A program made the translations under genes and the position numbers. From contig NC_068997.1 of the NCBI RefSeq assembly GCF_001194135.2, positions 11,007,657-11,071,656 on the forward strand: a DNA stretch of 64,000 nucleotides, written 5' to 3'. Below are positions 24,177 through 38,338 of the stretch, piece by piece. The stretch comes from Octopus bimaculoides. Lineage: Eukaryota. The notes under the pieces were generated by a model, which was not told where the DNA came from, did not search any database, and was given only the letters and a program-made list of their open reading frames with translations. Numbering within the stretch: position 1 is the stretch's first letter; every line of letters begins with the position of its first letter.

Positions 24177-27100
24177 CTAAAATAACTAATGAGTAGGTGA
24201 AAGATCTCATAGATTATGTGTAACAGTCGTATTAAGACACAGTAGAATGACTCATTAGTTTGTATGCTTATTCAATACTCGAATACGTTACAGCTCGTAA
24301 AGCCATAAACAAGAAAACAACATGTATGGTGATGATACGCTTTTTTGTGAGTGTTTAGCCCAAGATCCAGTCGGAATGGATAAACCAAGGAACATATGCA
24401 TTGTAATCATCTCATTCGTTCATCTTGTGATAGATATCTAAGGCTTTATTATCCAATCAATTGTTCATTGTTTTTTTTATGATTCAGAGATTCTAATACA
24501 AAGGAAATTCTTTCAATAACAGTAGACAGTCGATTGAGCATAATGGTGGGATTCTCGTCGGATCAAGAATTTCTAAATGACCTGAAGTGTTGTGTCAGTT
24601 CAATTTCCTCTAATAATTTATATAAATGAAATTTGATATGCACTAACACAGCGATGCAGGTTTAGATAACAATACAAGCATCTAAATAACCTATGTATAC
24701 ATATCAATGCGATTGATCGCATTGTACTCGTATTACGTAAATAACAATGATAGGATATAGTATACAATATAAAGATATTCAGACATGAAGACAATCTACT
24801 AAAGTCAATGACTGTGTTGATTCCATTCTCTTTCCTTGTAAGTCTTTATATCATACATTCATGCATGCATATATACATATATCCATTTATATATTTCTAC
24901 ATCCGTATACATGCACACATAAACATACACATCCATTAACAAACCACACTCTAATAGGCATCGGAAAAACGACAAATTGACAAATATAAGAATGTAAATC
25001 AATTTGTTTAACGCGAAAATAATTCTTAAGTACTGTATGAATAGACAGTTTTTGTAACAAAACATCACTCTTATTTATTATTTAACTCGTGGATTTGATA
25101 ACTGTATAATTCAAGTGGCCATTTATGAATCCAATTCTTTATTTTTTATGTATTTCAATATAAATCTTTTAAGTTCATCATTCAAAACCGAAATATTTGG
25201 AAAGCCTAAGTATTTCAGATGACAAAGTCTCTACAAATGAAATAAAAACCGAGGAAATTGACAATAATAGTGATTGAGTGGTTTACGTGTCTAGAGCTTT
25301 ATATTGTCTTGTTATTATCGAATAATCTTTAATTATATATACAGTTTAATTGAGAAAAAATCACATTAGCTTCTTCGGAAAAGTAAAAGTAATATATCAT
25401 TGAATATATATTTCTGCTGTGTATTTCAAATACGCTTTAATAATATATCATATTCCTTTCTTGGCGACAAGTGGTCTACAACAAAAGACTAGATATTATT
25501 CAGTAAAAGCTGCTATTTAGTTGTAAGCCAAATACCTCACCTGACTGATAATCAAGGAAATTGAATTGTTATAATCTTTTCATGATGTACATAAAAGACT
25601 TGCTTTCATAAGAACTTTTGATGTGTCCTAATACTTTCATGTGTGTTATATTATCGATCTTGGTGCAATAAAAGCTTTGTTTTTATACCATTAATACAAT
25701 GACTCTAGTTGTATTTTGGAGTGTGCAGCATAAGGTTAACCATTAAAGTTTGAATCAGAATTCAGTTCCGCATTGTTCTAATAGATTCCATCAGAAACTT
25801 CTACTGAGAAAATTTTCCTTTTACAATTTGTGTATTTTAATAGTGATTATAATATAGTAAACTGAATTTTCATTTTCAAACTCTTTACTTTAATGAATGA
25901 TTCCAAAGTCAGCTAAAAATTATTTACTCTTCAATACTAGCGCTGTTTACAATCGTGAAATACGACTGTTATGCAGCGTTGAATCAACAATTGAACCTCC
26001 ATATAATTGGTGGGCCTACGATGTATACGTCAGCGAAATCTTCTTTGAATTATAAATTAATGTTTTACTGTGAAAAAGACGTTTTCGATAATGCAGTCAT
26101 ATATACACTTAACAAATAAAAATAGGGTTTTCACAGTTAGAATGACTTTCATGATATATCTGACCAGTGAAGTTCACATAGAACAAAGTAAGAATTAAAA
26201 CCAAAATACAGCTATTTATTTAATTTGTTGCATATATATATATCGGTAGCTAGATAGTTGAATGATCTCCTTTGCAAGCAAGATTATAGAGAAACCTCCA
26301 TTTACTAAGTTTCTCGAAGCATCTGTGTCATGAGACGTGATTCCTAATTATTCAAGAAGCTTAGCGTTTCCCTTGGAAGTTTCAGGAATGTCTAGCGTTC
26401 CATTAATAAAAACAGATTACTAACCCTGCTCTTCGCTTTTTAGTCGATTAAACTTAGATCCATTCACGTCATTGCTACGTCCGTCTATTTCTCTACGCCA
26501 CATGACTGAAAACCACCACTTAGCTGTTATTTCTATATTTCCATCTGAACGTTCTTGCATAGATTATTTCATTCAACTAGATTCTACATTTTGATTATGT
26601 ATCATCATCGACAAGTAAATAAATAATATTTTTACGTAGTAAATATATATAGTTCTTGAAATAATTCTTCATTTCTATACAACTTCATCTCAGCCACATC
26701 AACACCTTGTACTGACTACATATAACCACTACACATAAATATGTATCCAGCGATAGGATACCGTCCGCCTGTTGTTTGACAATCAGACTTTTATCCTTAC
26801 AATCTTCATGAATAATGTATGTGTCGAATAATCCCGGGTGATTTTCCCCTTTTCCTCATTTTTGTATTTCATGGATTGTGCTTACAATTCAATGGTCCAA
26901 TTCTGTCCCATTATGCTACGTCGTTTCCGCTTGAGAATTGCATCAAGAGGTCGTGTATATGTGAAATAATCAGCTACTTACACGCTAATGTTACCAGCAG
27001 AGATTTAGTTGATCACACTCAAGGTCGAGACCGATTGAAAATCTCCCATTACGTATAATGTCGGTCGTCAGTGAATTTACGAAAATCACATTAATATAGT

Positions 27101-27847
27101 AAAATAAATGAAACATTAATAAAAGTAATCATCATATAGGAACTTGCACTTTTGTAATTCTCTGCATCTAGGTCTTTCTCTTTATCTTTGCATCTTTATA
27201 TTAAGTCATATGTGAACATTAATCATATCACTTGACCATAAACGAATTATTCAATAACAGCCTAAACGAAATTTCAAGGAAATGTATCAGCAACATAAAA
27301 CGCCAGTGAGAATTTAAACTAATTTAGAATATTTTGTTGAACGACTTCCGCTTATCTTTTCCATAAATTGCATATTCAACGGAGCGAATGAGAGAAAATT
27401 TGTGTAGTCATTCAACCTGCTAGAAATAGTAACCAAAATCCCTATAAATCACTGCCTCCTATGTAAGAGGCGAAGAAGACATTGATTATTGTACACTTCT
27501 GCGTGCACAACATTTGTAACACAAAAGATGATTTAGTTGTGTTTAATGCATGGCTAACATTAACACAATATAATCAGGTTTAATCTGAGACAAAACATTA
27601 ACAACGCCATAAACAATATTGAACACATACCGTTTATCTAAATCAGTGTCAGAAACCCCGAAAATAATCTCTTCAATTCAAATAAATAAGGCTTTCTGAT
27701 ATAGGCGATGGTAATGCTAATGGCGTTACGTATTTATATAGCCATACACGTAACTATAAACAACCATAAACATAAATAAATACAACATATACACAGTGTA
27801 TGGAATAATCCCTTATATTGATTGTACACTGCTTGGAATTTTAGGAG

Positions 27848-28022
27848 CGGTTTAAGTCGAATGCATCGACTCCAGTATTTGATTGGTGCTTATTTCATCG
27901 AGCCCGAAACACCAAAACGCAAAGTTGATTTCGGCAGAATCTGAACTCGGAAAGTTAAGACGGGCGAAATACCACTACGCATTTTTCCCGGCGTGCTAAC
28001 GACTCTGCAAGATCACTGCCTT
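27848..28022 (-). mobile_element. SINE family A, diverged
   Basis: gtcgaatgcatcgactccagta ... tttcatcgagcccgaaa ... gcaaagttgatttcggcagaatctgaactc ... ggcgtgctaacgactctgc. Confidence 0.8.
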
Positions 28023-28677
28023 ATAATATATGGAATAATGAAAGAAAAGATCTTAACAAGCTAATCTTAATTCTTTCGAGCATTAACAAGCCCGGATCAA
28101 CCGAATTTTCTCTTTCGTGCATTGTTTCAGTTCTATGACACGAACTGCATCTGTGAGCTTACAAATTCTATATAATATCGAGCACGTCTATATATATTAA
28201 CCAATATTTCTTCCCCAGGATTACGACCTTACGAACTCAGTCACGTGAAATGTTCTCCCTTTCATGGAATGGTAATCTTGTTAAACTCGGAAATGAGAAT
28301 GAAATGTTATGTTACTAAAAATGCCAGACAAAGTGTCATGTGATATTGAGACGTGTAATATTTATGCATCGAGTTAGAATATTACAAAGTCTGTCAAAGT
28401 AATTCCTTATAATCTACTGTTAATTTTATCGATTGTTTTGATTATAAGCTCTTTTCCATTATGTCTACTTAATTATATTATCATATTTTCAATGGTTTCA
28501 TGTAATCTTCCATTACAATAACAGAATTAACTCTACCCTCCTGCATTTGTACGCAGCTGATGGCTATCTACCATGTAGGAGTGAACAATTTTGTTTATGA
28601 GATACAACTGCAGCACATAATTCAAGTGATTGCGTAGTCTAGTGTGCCATCTATAAGTATTAAGGAATGATAAGAAT

Positions 28678-28744
28678 TCTTCTTCTTCTTCTTCTTCTTC
28701 TTCTTCTTCTTCTTCTTCTTCTTCTTCTTCTTCTTCTTCTTCTT
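28678..28744. repeat. (TCT)n microsatellite
   Basis: Visible, runs into a gap. Confidence 0.95.
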
Positions 28745-29516
28745 NNNNNNNNNNNNNNNNNNNNNNNNNNNNNNNNNNNNNNNNNNNNNNNNNNNNNNNN
28801 NNNNNNNNNNNNNNNNNNNNNNNNNNNNNNNNNNNNNNNNNNNNNNNNNNNNNNNNNNNNNNNNNNNNNNNNNNNNNNNNNNNNNNNNNNNNNNNNNNNN
28901 NNNNNNNNNNNNNNNNNNNNNNNNNNNNNNNNNNNNNNNNNNNNNNNNNNNNNNNNNNNNNNNNNNNNNNNNNNNNNNNNNNNNNNNNNNNNNNNNNNNN
29001 NNNNNNNNNNNNNNNNNNNNNNNNNNNNNNNNNNNNNNNNNNNNNNNNNNNNNNNNNNNNNNNNNNNNNNNNNNNNNNNNNNNNNNNNNNNNNNNNNNNN
29101 NNNNNNNNNNNNNNNNNNNNNNNNNNNNNNNNNNNNNNNNNNNNNNNNNNNNNNNNNNNNNNNNNNNNNNNNNNNNNNNNNNNNNNNNNNNNNNNNNNNN
29201 NNNNNNNNNNNNNNNNNNNNNNNNNNNNNNNNNNNNNNNNNNNNNNNNNNNNNNNNNNNNNNNNNNNNNNNNNNNNNNNNNNNNNNNNNNNNNNNNNNNN
29301 NNNNNNNNNNNNNNNNNNNNNNNNNNNNNNNNNNNNNNNNNNNNNNNNNNNNNNNNNNNNNNNNNNNNNNNNNNNNNNNNNNNNNNNNNNNNNNNNNNNN
29401 NNNNNNNNNNNNNNNNNNNNNNNNNNNNNNNNNNNNNNNNNNNNNNNNNNNNNNNNNNNNNNNNNNNNNNNNNNNNNNNNNNNNNNNNNNNNNNNNNNNN
29501 NNNNNNNNNNNNNNNN

Positions 29517-29596
29517 GGGTATGTGCTGTGGTTTGCTGTGGTGCTCTTACGTTTACTGTATTGAAAGTGTTTTGCGTAGAATGTGTGCAGTACCCA

Positions 29597-29597
<1 letters not shown>
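29517..29597 (-). mobile_element. R4/Dong-type element, severely 5'-truncated, subfamily 1
   Basis: Minus: (AAT)n then MGTAHILRKTLSIQ* and a 3'UTR matching 2864-2939 except one substitution; runs into a gap. Confidence 0.85.
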
Positions 29598-29691
<94 letters not shown>

Positions 29692-29770
29692 CTATGAGTT
29701 TTGTCGTTGTTGTTGCTACAGTTGTTGCTTTTCTCTATTTTTGTTTTTGGTGTTGTTGTTGCTGTGATTG
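29598..29770. repeat. (TTA)n(TCA)n(GTT)n compound repeat
   Basis: Visible. Confidence 0.9.
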
Positions 29771-32700
29771 ATTTTCTTTATTCTGAACATACATAAGATC
29801 ATACATAAGAATTACGTACGAAAAAAGAAATGTTTCTGCCGTTCCCTTTTTTGCCAATAATATACTTCGGATAATCTATCTTACCTTCCACTCTCTTATC
29901 CATTAGTGTTACATCTCTCATTCTTTTATCTCTTGTTATTGTTTTGTGGATATATTCGTGTAAACATCCATTTACTTTGTTTATATGCATTTCAATATGG
30001 CATGCTCTGTTTTAGCCACAGAGTGTATAGCTACGAAAATGACAGTTGCTGGGTATATACTCTTCATATTTTTGAAAGCACAGAAACAAATGGAAAGAAA
30101 AATACGTAGAATAAAAAAAATGTTAGCAATGCCGAAGCAGATGAATTATAAGCAAAACCAGCAGAATTTGACAAGAACAACTTAAAAGCTTGTTCTGAAA
30201 ATTCAAATATAAGTGGAAGAAAAATGACAACTAATACATTAGGAGCATCAGCTGATCCTTTGATAGGGATGGAAAAAAGGTACAATAACTATATCACAAA
30301 AGAATGCTTCTCCCAATAAAAAGGCGTTCAGGAAAAATTGAGAGTTCAGTTTCTCATAAATCAGACGTACAAAAAATAAAAACGACGCTCATCATTGGTT
30401 TTGGTAAATTGCTGGTGCACCCAGTGGAAATCAGTCATTAACTATGAAGGAGTAGAGGAGAAAATGGACGCCTGAGTTCTGATGTAACACGAATCCAATA
30501 CTCTACCGGATATTTGCCCAGTGTGATAATGAAGTAGTCAATATGATCGTAGGAAGGCAAACAAAACAGTTACTACAAATATGTAATTAACAACTATTTC
30601 AAGGCTGTGTGTGAAATGAAATGAAAAATGTGGGAGGTCGGCAGACAGTGGTGACAGGAATAACAATATTTCGCTTGAATATGTGCCTACCGCAGCTTCC
30701 CCAGGATTGGCAGCAGAAACCTCTGTAAAGATAGAGAAGAATGAATCAAAGATATGTAAAATTTCTTCAGTATGGGAGGCCGAACAGAAATGTCACCGAG
30801 TAATGAGATGGTTTCTGACTGAAGCATTTGGCAGGCCAGCGGCTCAGGTCAGCAGTAAAACTGTGATGATGCACATGTAATATAGTGAGGAGTAGGAAAC
30901 ATGCACAAACATAATTACAAGATAACAGAACTGAAGAGAAACTATAGAATAAAATACATCTAAAAATAAGTAGGCTATAAAGGGTCATTCCACATAAAGG
31001 CCACTGTTCGCCTCTAGAAGTGCCCCGCGTGATTGTTCAAATTGGAGAGGAAAATCATGGATATGTTGATTGATGTGAAACAGAGCGAGAAAAGCGCCAT
31101 GCTGATAGGGACGATGTAGGAGGTCGATAAAGACGATAGTTAAAATGATCGGAATTTGGTGAAATATATTCGAAAACCTATCAACAGCCAAGAATTTACA
31201 AACAGATTCGAGGTTCGTCCAAAATTGTTATACAAGCAGGCAAATTCGGAGAACCCAATCTTCTGAAGGTAAAATCGGTGTATAAGTTGATTTGAGAAAT
31301 TAAATAAACTGATTGTAGTACATTTTTGCGGCACCATTATGTATATGTGTACCAGGACCCACGTCGTGTAGTTGCATTCGTATGCCACATTTTGTGTAGT
31401 AAATATGAACCCTCATTCTCCAAAATAAGATTTATTTTTGTTGTTGTGGCTGTGGCAAAATTTATTATGTTGCAGGTACTTTTTACCTTATCGTCATCTT
31501 GCAGAGATTTTACAATTAATAGATGGATTTTTGTGTCTGAAACGTGAATGTACTCTATGCGGACTTATAGCACGATAAACGATATAATTGAAATGTAATA
31601 TCATATTTTCGATGTTTTGGTTGTAGTGCTTGCCATTTACTCTCTAAAGATATGCACATTCCTGACCAGTAAGTAAAATTATTTTCTGGTATTTGGACAA
31701 TTCTAAAATTTCTTAAACTCTTTCATTTATTGGAATTTTAGAATGTGCTTCGTGCAGCTCTCTATGTTGCCTTTTCCTTTGACGAATTTCCCTCAGAATG
31801 TCATAAATATTTCCATATCGAAAACATATATTGTAGTACCGGCAGTTGAACCAAGATCAATCTGATTATAGTCTTGCATATTTTATTGAATATTTGTTTA
31901 TCTTATATCGGAAAATCATTGGGCGATGCTTACGAAAGATGAGAAACATAGAAAAGAGGGAGTGGTAAGTTATCTTCGTTGTTTCAAATGTCATTTTATT
32001 CTGAAGCTTCCACAGGCGGCCTTCTTGACTTAATATACGACAAATAGACTATAATTTTAGAGACATATATCGGCGTCGTCATCATCCCTCAGCGTGACTT
32101 CACCTAAACAATTAACACACCAAGTGATAATTGTATCAAACTGAAGATCCACAAAGCCTGGAGGGATGCTTCATGTGCATATATGCATACAAACATAGAA
32201 ATATAACTTTCACAAAAGTCCATCAAAGTATCTCCGTAGAAACAATATTATCATTATAATTAAATGAACAAATAACTGTTGTATCAGGTGAGACAAAAGA
32301 GAAAACTATACCTATGAAACATGGTCATGGAATAACCCATACCCTACGGCTTCTTTGGATATATTAATGGCTTAGGAAACATAAAGAACCATGCAGAATA
32401 ATACTGTTTAAATATTTATTAAACTTTTAATGCGTTAGAGATAAACTTTATGGTCGCCACACAACCCTATTTTCTTCTAAATGACAGTTTAATTTATTGG
32501 GCATTTATTTAAAGTGAGGTGAACTAAAAATATAGAACCATTAACTACGTTGATAAAAATACAAAACTATGCGTATGTTATTATTTTCTGCCATTTATTT
32601 TCAAAAGATATACTTTATCATCATTAAACCAAAATGCATATTTCATCAATATAGCCAAAACCTATCTTTCACACCACAGTATCTAGTTTTAACCCTCCAC

Positions 32701-34319
32701 TAACAGACAAAATGCACAAATACATTCTTTTTGAGTTTATTGGAGATAATCCATTGGTCTGGAAAGAATTATAAAATGTGCCTTCAGATATGTTTTCACA
32801 CATTAATATTTCTAAATTGTATAAATTTGTATTAAAATCTTCTTTGTTAGACACAAAGAAAATTAAATACTGAGAACTCATTTTATAAGTAAGATGTCTG
32901 TCAAAATTATAAAACTCATGGAATAATATATTCTAAAACAGGCCGTTCATTTATATTTTCTAATGAACTCGTTACAATGAAAAATATTTTAGGTGAAATT
33001 ATTTCTAAAAACTCGTGGAAGCCAGATCATCTTACTAAAGTATAGTGCATTGATGATTACGAACAATTTGTTGTAAATGAACACAAATATATAAATTTGA
33101 AAGATACTTTCCATTCAAAATATAGCCTTACACACATTATAATTGTTTCTAATCTGGCGTATTATTTAACGGAAGAAAAAGAAAAATCGTAACGTGTTTG
33201 ATTCTTTTATTGAAGACATATTTACTGCAAAGACACTGATGATGGAGTAGATCGTGAAGCGAACAATCCGACGGAAGCAGAATAATTAGGCAATCGCTGC
33301 ATCCTATTTAATGCGGATGTATTATAAGAACGTCGTAATAATGCAGTATTTGTTCCGAAGAAGTATCTCGATTACACGTTTCGTGCATAGAAACACATAG
33401 CTTCTGGGAGCAGATGAGATATGTCCAACACCGGAAGTGAAATTAATATGCTGCTCCAGTTTCCCTTCCACTGATATATATAAAAAACAAATGAGGATTA
33501 TTCAGACTCCGGCGTAGATATTAACTCGTTGGCAGAGAAAGAATAAGATGGATTACGGTTAAGCTGGGTGTACAGATCTTTAGTTCTTTAGTCAATGATA
33601 TTTACAAATTCAACACTCATTTGCTTCAATCTGCTTCTCACACCACTAAGTAGTGGTATCTCTTCAATTATTTAAAAAATATTTGTTAACGCAATTTCCT
33701 CCCGTGAAGGTTATAATTGCAACTAATTCATTGCAGTAGTCATTTTGAAAACAAATTTCCTTACTAAAATGTGATATGATGGTGACGGAAATCAATAGGT
33801 AAGGATATATGGAGCTTATTTTATCAAATGTATGCCATAATCTATTTGAATGTCTTTTTTTATTTATACTCCATATTAAACCATTCGTAAGGTGTTCTCA
33901 TTCGTATAATTAGTTATCTAATATAGTCAACATAATTAACTTCGACACTTCTAGATAATTAAGTGAACCGTGATATGTATATATATATATATTGGTATAC
34001 ACATATGTGCACTGTATTTATATATATATATATATATATACATACACATAGATAAATAGTTTGATATAGATATAGATATAAATGTATAGGTATATGCTAT
34101 ATGCAATTTAACCTTAATATAATAAAGACTCGATATAATGAATATTTCCTGAGGTAAATAATCTACTTATCATATATCGAATAATCAATGAAAGAATCTT
34201 GGAGCTTCCATTATAACCTTCAGAATTCCTAGTACTATTTAGAGGGCTGTAATTTTAAGATCTCACTTCCATCTATAGAAGGGAACAGTGGATAAATGAT
34301 TATAAAATAGTCCTCATGC

Positions 34320-34358
34320 TTATGCACACATACGCGCACGCACACAGACACACACACA

Positions 34359-34397
<39 letters not shown>

Positions 34398-34490
34398 ACA
34401 CACACACACACAGACACACACACACAGAGACACACATATATATGTGAATATATATATATATATATATATAATTTATATATAATATATATA
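34320..34490. repeat. (CA)n/(TA)n compound microsatellite
   Basis: Visible. Confidence 0.9.
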
Positions 34491-35990
34491 CAAAATATAG
34501 TTTCACCCTTACTACGAATTTGTTTCAATTCTTACTAACTCTGCACGTTCCTTCGTTTGCCCTCACATTGTGTATATGAACAATATTAATAAAACGCGAT
34601 GTGTAACAAAATTTAAACAGACATTATTGCTCATGCCTAACTTCTCCTCTTTCAATTCGTCCTCATATTTTATCTGAAATAATACGGTAAATATACTTTA
34701 CAAAACATAGCGTTGCTACATTCCTTGGATGTTTCTGTTTTCGTTTTTGATTGAGGAGATTTTCTTGTCTATCACCCTCGTGTTGGATTTAACTATTAAG
34801 GAATAAGATAAATTATATTATCCCTGCTGAAGAAGACTGTAAAGAGGCCATACGTGAAAGTCAATGCAGTAGTGCGAAAAGAAGTTGTAAAGGGATTTCT
34901 TTCGACGTTAAATAATTTTTTTTCTTCCGAATATCTCTCCATTCCAGCATTATATTAGCAAAAACAGAAATATATAAAGCTATTGTTAGCAGAAGCTCTT
35001 AAAAGGAAAAGAACAAAATGCTTTTATCTTAATCGCATTGCTTTAGCTTTTCTTACATCCTATTTCTCGTTGAACAATAAGGCCCTATCATATAAAAGTA
35101 AAGGATTTCAAGCAACTGAAAATCAGTGTAATGTATTTTATTCTCCTGACCAGAATGCAATATATTTTGACTCATGTGACTGTGTAGAGATATTACAAAA
35201 ATTTCTAACTTTTGAAAATATCTTTGTCTTAACTTTCTTTTGTAACTACACAAACTGAAAAAATCCTGGTTTCGTTGTTAAATCTGACGAAGCTAATTCT
35301 GCCTAATCGCCACCCAAGATATTGGAATATATATGCTTTATACATGTATAAAATTGAAGACTTGGTTAATTAGCCAATATTATCATCTTCCTAAAGAAAA
35401 GGTTTTTCAATATATGTACATAAACTATGATTAATTTCTGATGAGCATTCCAGATACGATATTTCCTACAAAATTGTTTGTAATGGCGCCTGCATAGGAA
35501 AGATTTATGTAAAGAACTTCCAGCAGTGGAGCTTTGTTTGCAATATAGAATTTATTGCAATAATGTGTTTTGATGCGATAACTCTAATTGGTTAAAACGG
35601 AATATTGCACGGCGCTTTAATTTATTCTTTATACAAACCACTCGGTAAGTTTACAGCTACATATCTTATGCTATTTATCACAGAACTGCTGAGAAATATT
35701 GTTTGTGTTTATTGATGTTATACCGGAATTGAAAATATTTGACTATATATTAAAACGATATTTACTATTTTGTTAAATGCTGGACGTTGTGTAGAAATGC
35801 AAGTAATTATTATTTTCTTTATATCTTGTTTAATTGATTTCCAATGCCTAATGGGCGAAGATAATTTATAAAACTCTGTCCATTTACAAAATACAAGTTA
35901 ACGATATCTTCGTTAATATCACGTTCATTCAAATATTACCAAGGCTGTTAAATATTCCCCAATTACAAGCATTATTATCAAAATCAGAGA

Positions 35991-36172
35991 AACGGCAAGC
36001 TGGGAGAATAGTTACAACACAGGACAAATGCTTAGAGGCATTTCGTTCGTCTTTACGTTCTGTGTTCATATTCCACTGAGGTTCAATTTGCTTCTCATCC
36101 TTTCGGGGTCGATGTAATCGGGTCTCCTTCTTCCATAAATTTCAAATCTTGTGCCTATTGTAGAAAAGATTA
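35991..36172 (+). mobile_element. SINE family A with an internal deletion
   Basis: acggcaagctgggagaatagtta ... ctttacgttctgtgttcatattcc ... tcatcctttcggggtcgatgtaatcg ... cttgtgcctattgtagaaaagatt. Confidence 0.85.
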
Positions 36173-36767
36173 TTAGAAAGTCAAACAGTTGAATGCTAAT
36201 GTGAAAAATACCCCGTTACTAATATTTATAGAGTCCACGAAGGAAAACGTAAATATAATTTAGACAGACTATCTAAAATCTTAAAATAAAATAAATACTA
36301 GCATGATGGATGCAGTGAAGAGAATTTATTGTATTTAATCAACATTACATGTCTTGTGATAAAACTATCATTATCTACATAATGAATTCAGGATACAGAA
36401 ATATTTAAACCACAACTCAGAAAGTATTAATTTATTAAATATAGAATGCAATGTTGTGATGATTTAATTTTCAATAATACTGCAACAAATGTCGACAAGT
36501 TTGAAACAAATTAGATTTCATGAAGAAATTTGTTTTTTCTAATCATAGCCGCAGTATTGTGGGCTAACGTACTAATCGTGAATAAATACTGAATGACGTA
36601 ACTACATAAAGGAGGTTAGGGAAATTACATCGAGAGACACCTACGGATTCAAATCGTAATAGTGGTGTGGGTGAGAACATAATGAAGGCAGTAAGCCGAG
36701 ACATTAAAACTCATTAATAATATACACGACGTGAGAAGAGTAATCATTATTTAAACGCTAATTCTTG

Positions 36768-36770
<3 letters not shown>

Positions 36771-36827
<57 letters not shown>

Positions 36828-37731
36828 NNNNNNNNNNNNNNNNNNNNNNNNNNNNNNNNNNNNNNNNNNNNNNNNNNNNNNNNNNNNNNNNNNNNNNNNN
36901 NNNNNNNNNNNNNNNNNNNNNNNNNNNNNNNNNNNNNNNNNNNNNNNNNNNNNNNNNNNNNNNNNNNNNNNNNNNNNNNNNNNNNNNNNNNNNNNNNNNN
37001 NNNNNNNNNNNNNNNNNNNNNNNNNNNNNNNNNNNNNNNNNNNNNNNNNNNNNNNNNNNNNNNNNNNNNNNNNNNNNNNNNNNNNNNNNNNNNNNNNNNN
37101 NNNNNNNNNNNNNNNNNNNNNNNNNNNNNNNNNNNNNNNNNNNNNNNNNNNNNNNNNNNNNNNNNNNNNNNNNNNNNNNNNNNNNNNNNNNNNNNNNNNN
37201 NNNNNNNNNNNNNNNNNNNNNNNNNNNNNNNNNNNNNNNNNNNNNNNNNNNNNNNNNNNNNNNNNNNNNNNNNNNNNNNNNNNNNNNNNNNNNNNNNNNN
37301 NNNNNNNNNNNNNNNNNNNNNNNNNNNNNNNNNNNNNNNNNNNNNNNNNNNNNNNNNNNNNNNNNNNNNNNNNNNNNNNNNNNNNNNNNNNNNNNNNNNN
37401 NNNNNNNNNNNNNNNNNNNNNNNNNNNNNNNNNNNNNNNNNNNNNNNNNNNNNNNNNNNNNNNNNNNNNNNNNNNNNNNNNNNNNNNNNNNNNNNNNNNN
37501 NNNNNNNNNNNNNNNNNNNNNNNNNNNNNNNNNNNNNNNNNNNNNNNNNNNNNNNNNNNNNNNNNNNNNNNNNNNNNNNNNNNNNNNNNNNNNNNNNNNN
37601 NNNNNNNNNNNNNNNNNNNNNNNNNNNNNNNNNNNNNNNNNNNNNNNNNNNNNNNNNNNNNNNNNNNNNNNNNNNNNNNNNNNNNNNNNNNNNNNNNNNN
37701 NNNNNNNNNNNNNNNNNNNNNNNNNNNNNNN

Positions 37732-37787
<56 letters not shown>

Positions 37788-37830
37788 TGTGTGTGCGTGT
37801 GTTTGTTTGTTCGTGCGCGTGTGTGTGTGT
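36771..37830. repeat. (GA)n - assembly gap - (TG)n
   Basis: Visible microsatellites flanking an N-run of about 900 nt. Confidence 0.9.
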
Positions 37831-38258
37831 ATTTCAAAATACAATCATTATTGTTTCCTTTTGATACGCTGAATTATATAACGGATTGCTCAATATTGCG
37901 AGCAAGTTCTTTTCATTTAACAGACAATGAGTTTGTGAACATTTGGCTGCAAGTATACATTTAAATATATTGGGAATTGTAAGCAATACAATCTATTCTG
38001 CTAGATATTAAGCTAAATATCTTACAAAATCAAAATAACTATGAAAAGAGAACTTTTAAACTTTATCTCACCCGCATTCCCCTGAGAAGCAACGGAAACT
38101 GAACATTATGACCAATATCAGTAGATTTTATTAGATATTCCGTTTAATGTCTAGTAACATGGATTGTTTTGCTTTCCAGTATGTTTAAGAGTATACTTTC
38201 GCACACACGAACAGCCATTGATACAGACACACATGCACACTCACATAAAATCATTCAC

Positions 38259-38260
38259 TG

Positions 38261-38335
<75 letters not shown>

Positions 38336-38338
38336 GAG
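38259..38338. repeat. (GATA)n(GA)n microsatellite
   Basis: Visible. Confidence 0.95.

Noticed and set aside
28219-28637. Plus exon pair GLRPYELSHVKCSPFHGM + LMAIYHVGVNNFVYEIQLQHII
   Set aside because: Good acceptors but moderate donors, two alternative open frames and no homology; indistinguishable from chance.
30400-31400. GC/CpG-richer block with several 65-82 aa ORFs and a possible plus exon (..WEAEQKCHRVMRWFLTEAFGRPAAQ)
   Set aside because: No recognisable family, competing frames on both strands and a weak donor. It could be a promoter or old repeat but cannot be supported.
35125-35200. NVFYSPDQNAIYF resembling the neprilysin VNAFYSP..N.I.F motif
   Set aside because: The conserved Ala is absent, FPAGILQ does not follow, there are no suitable splice sites, and no other M13 exon was found.
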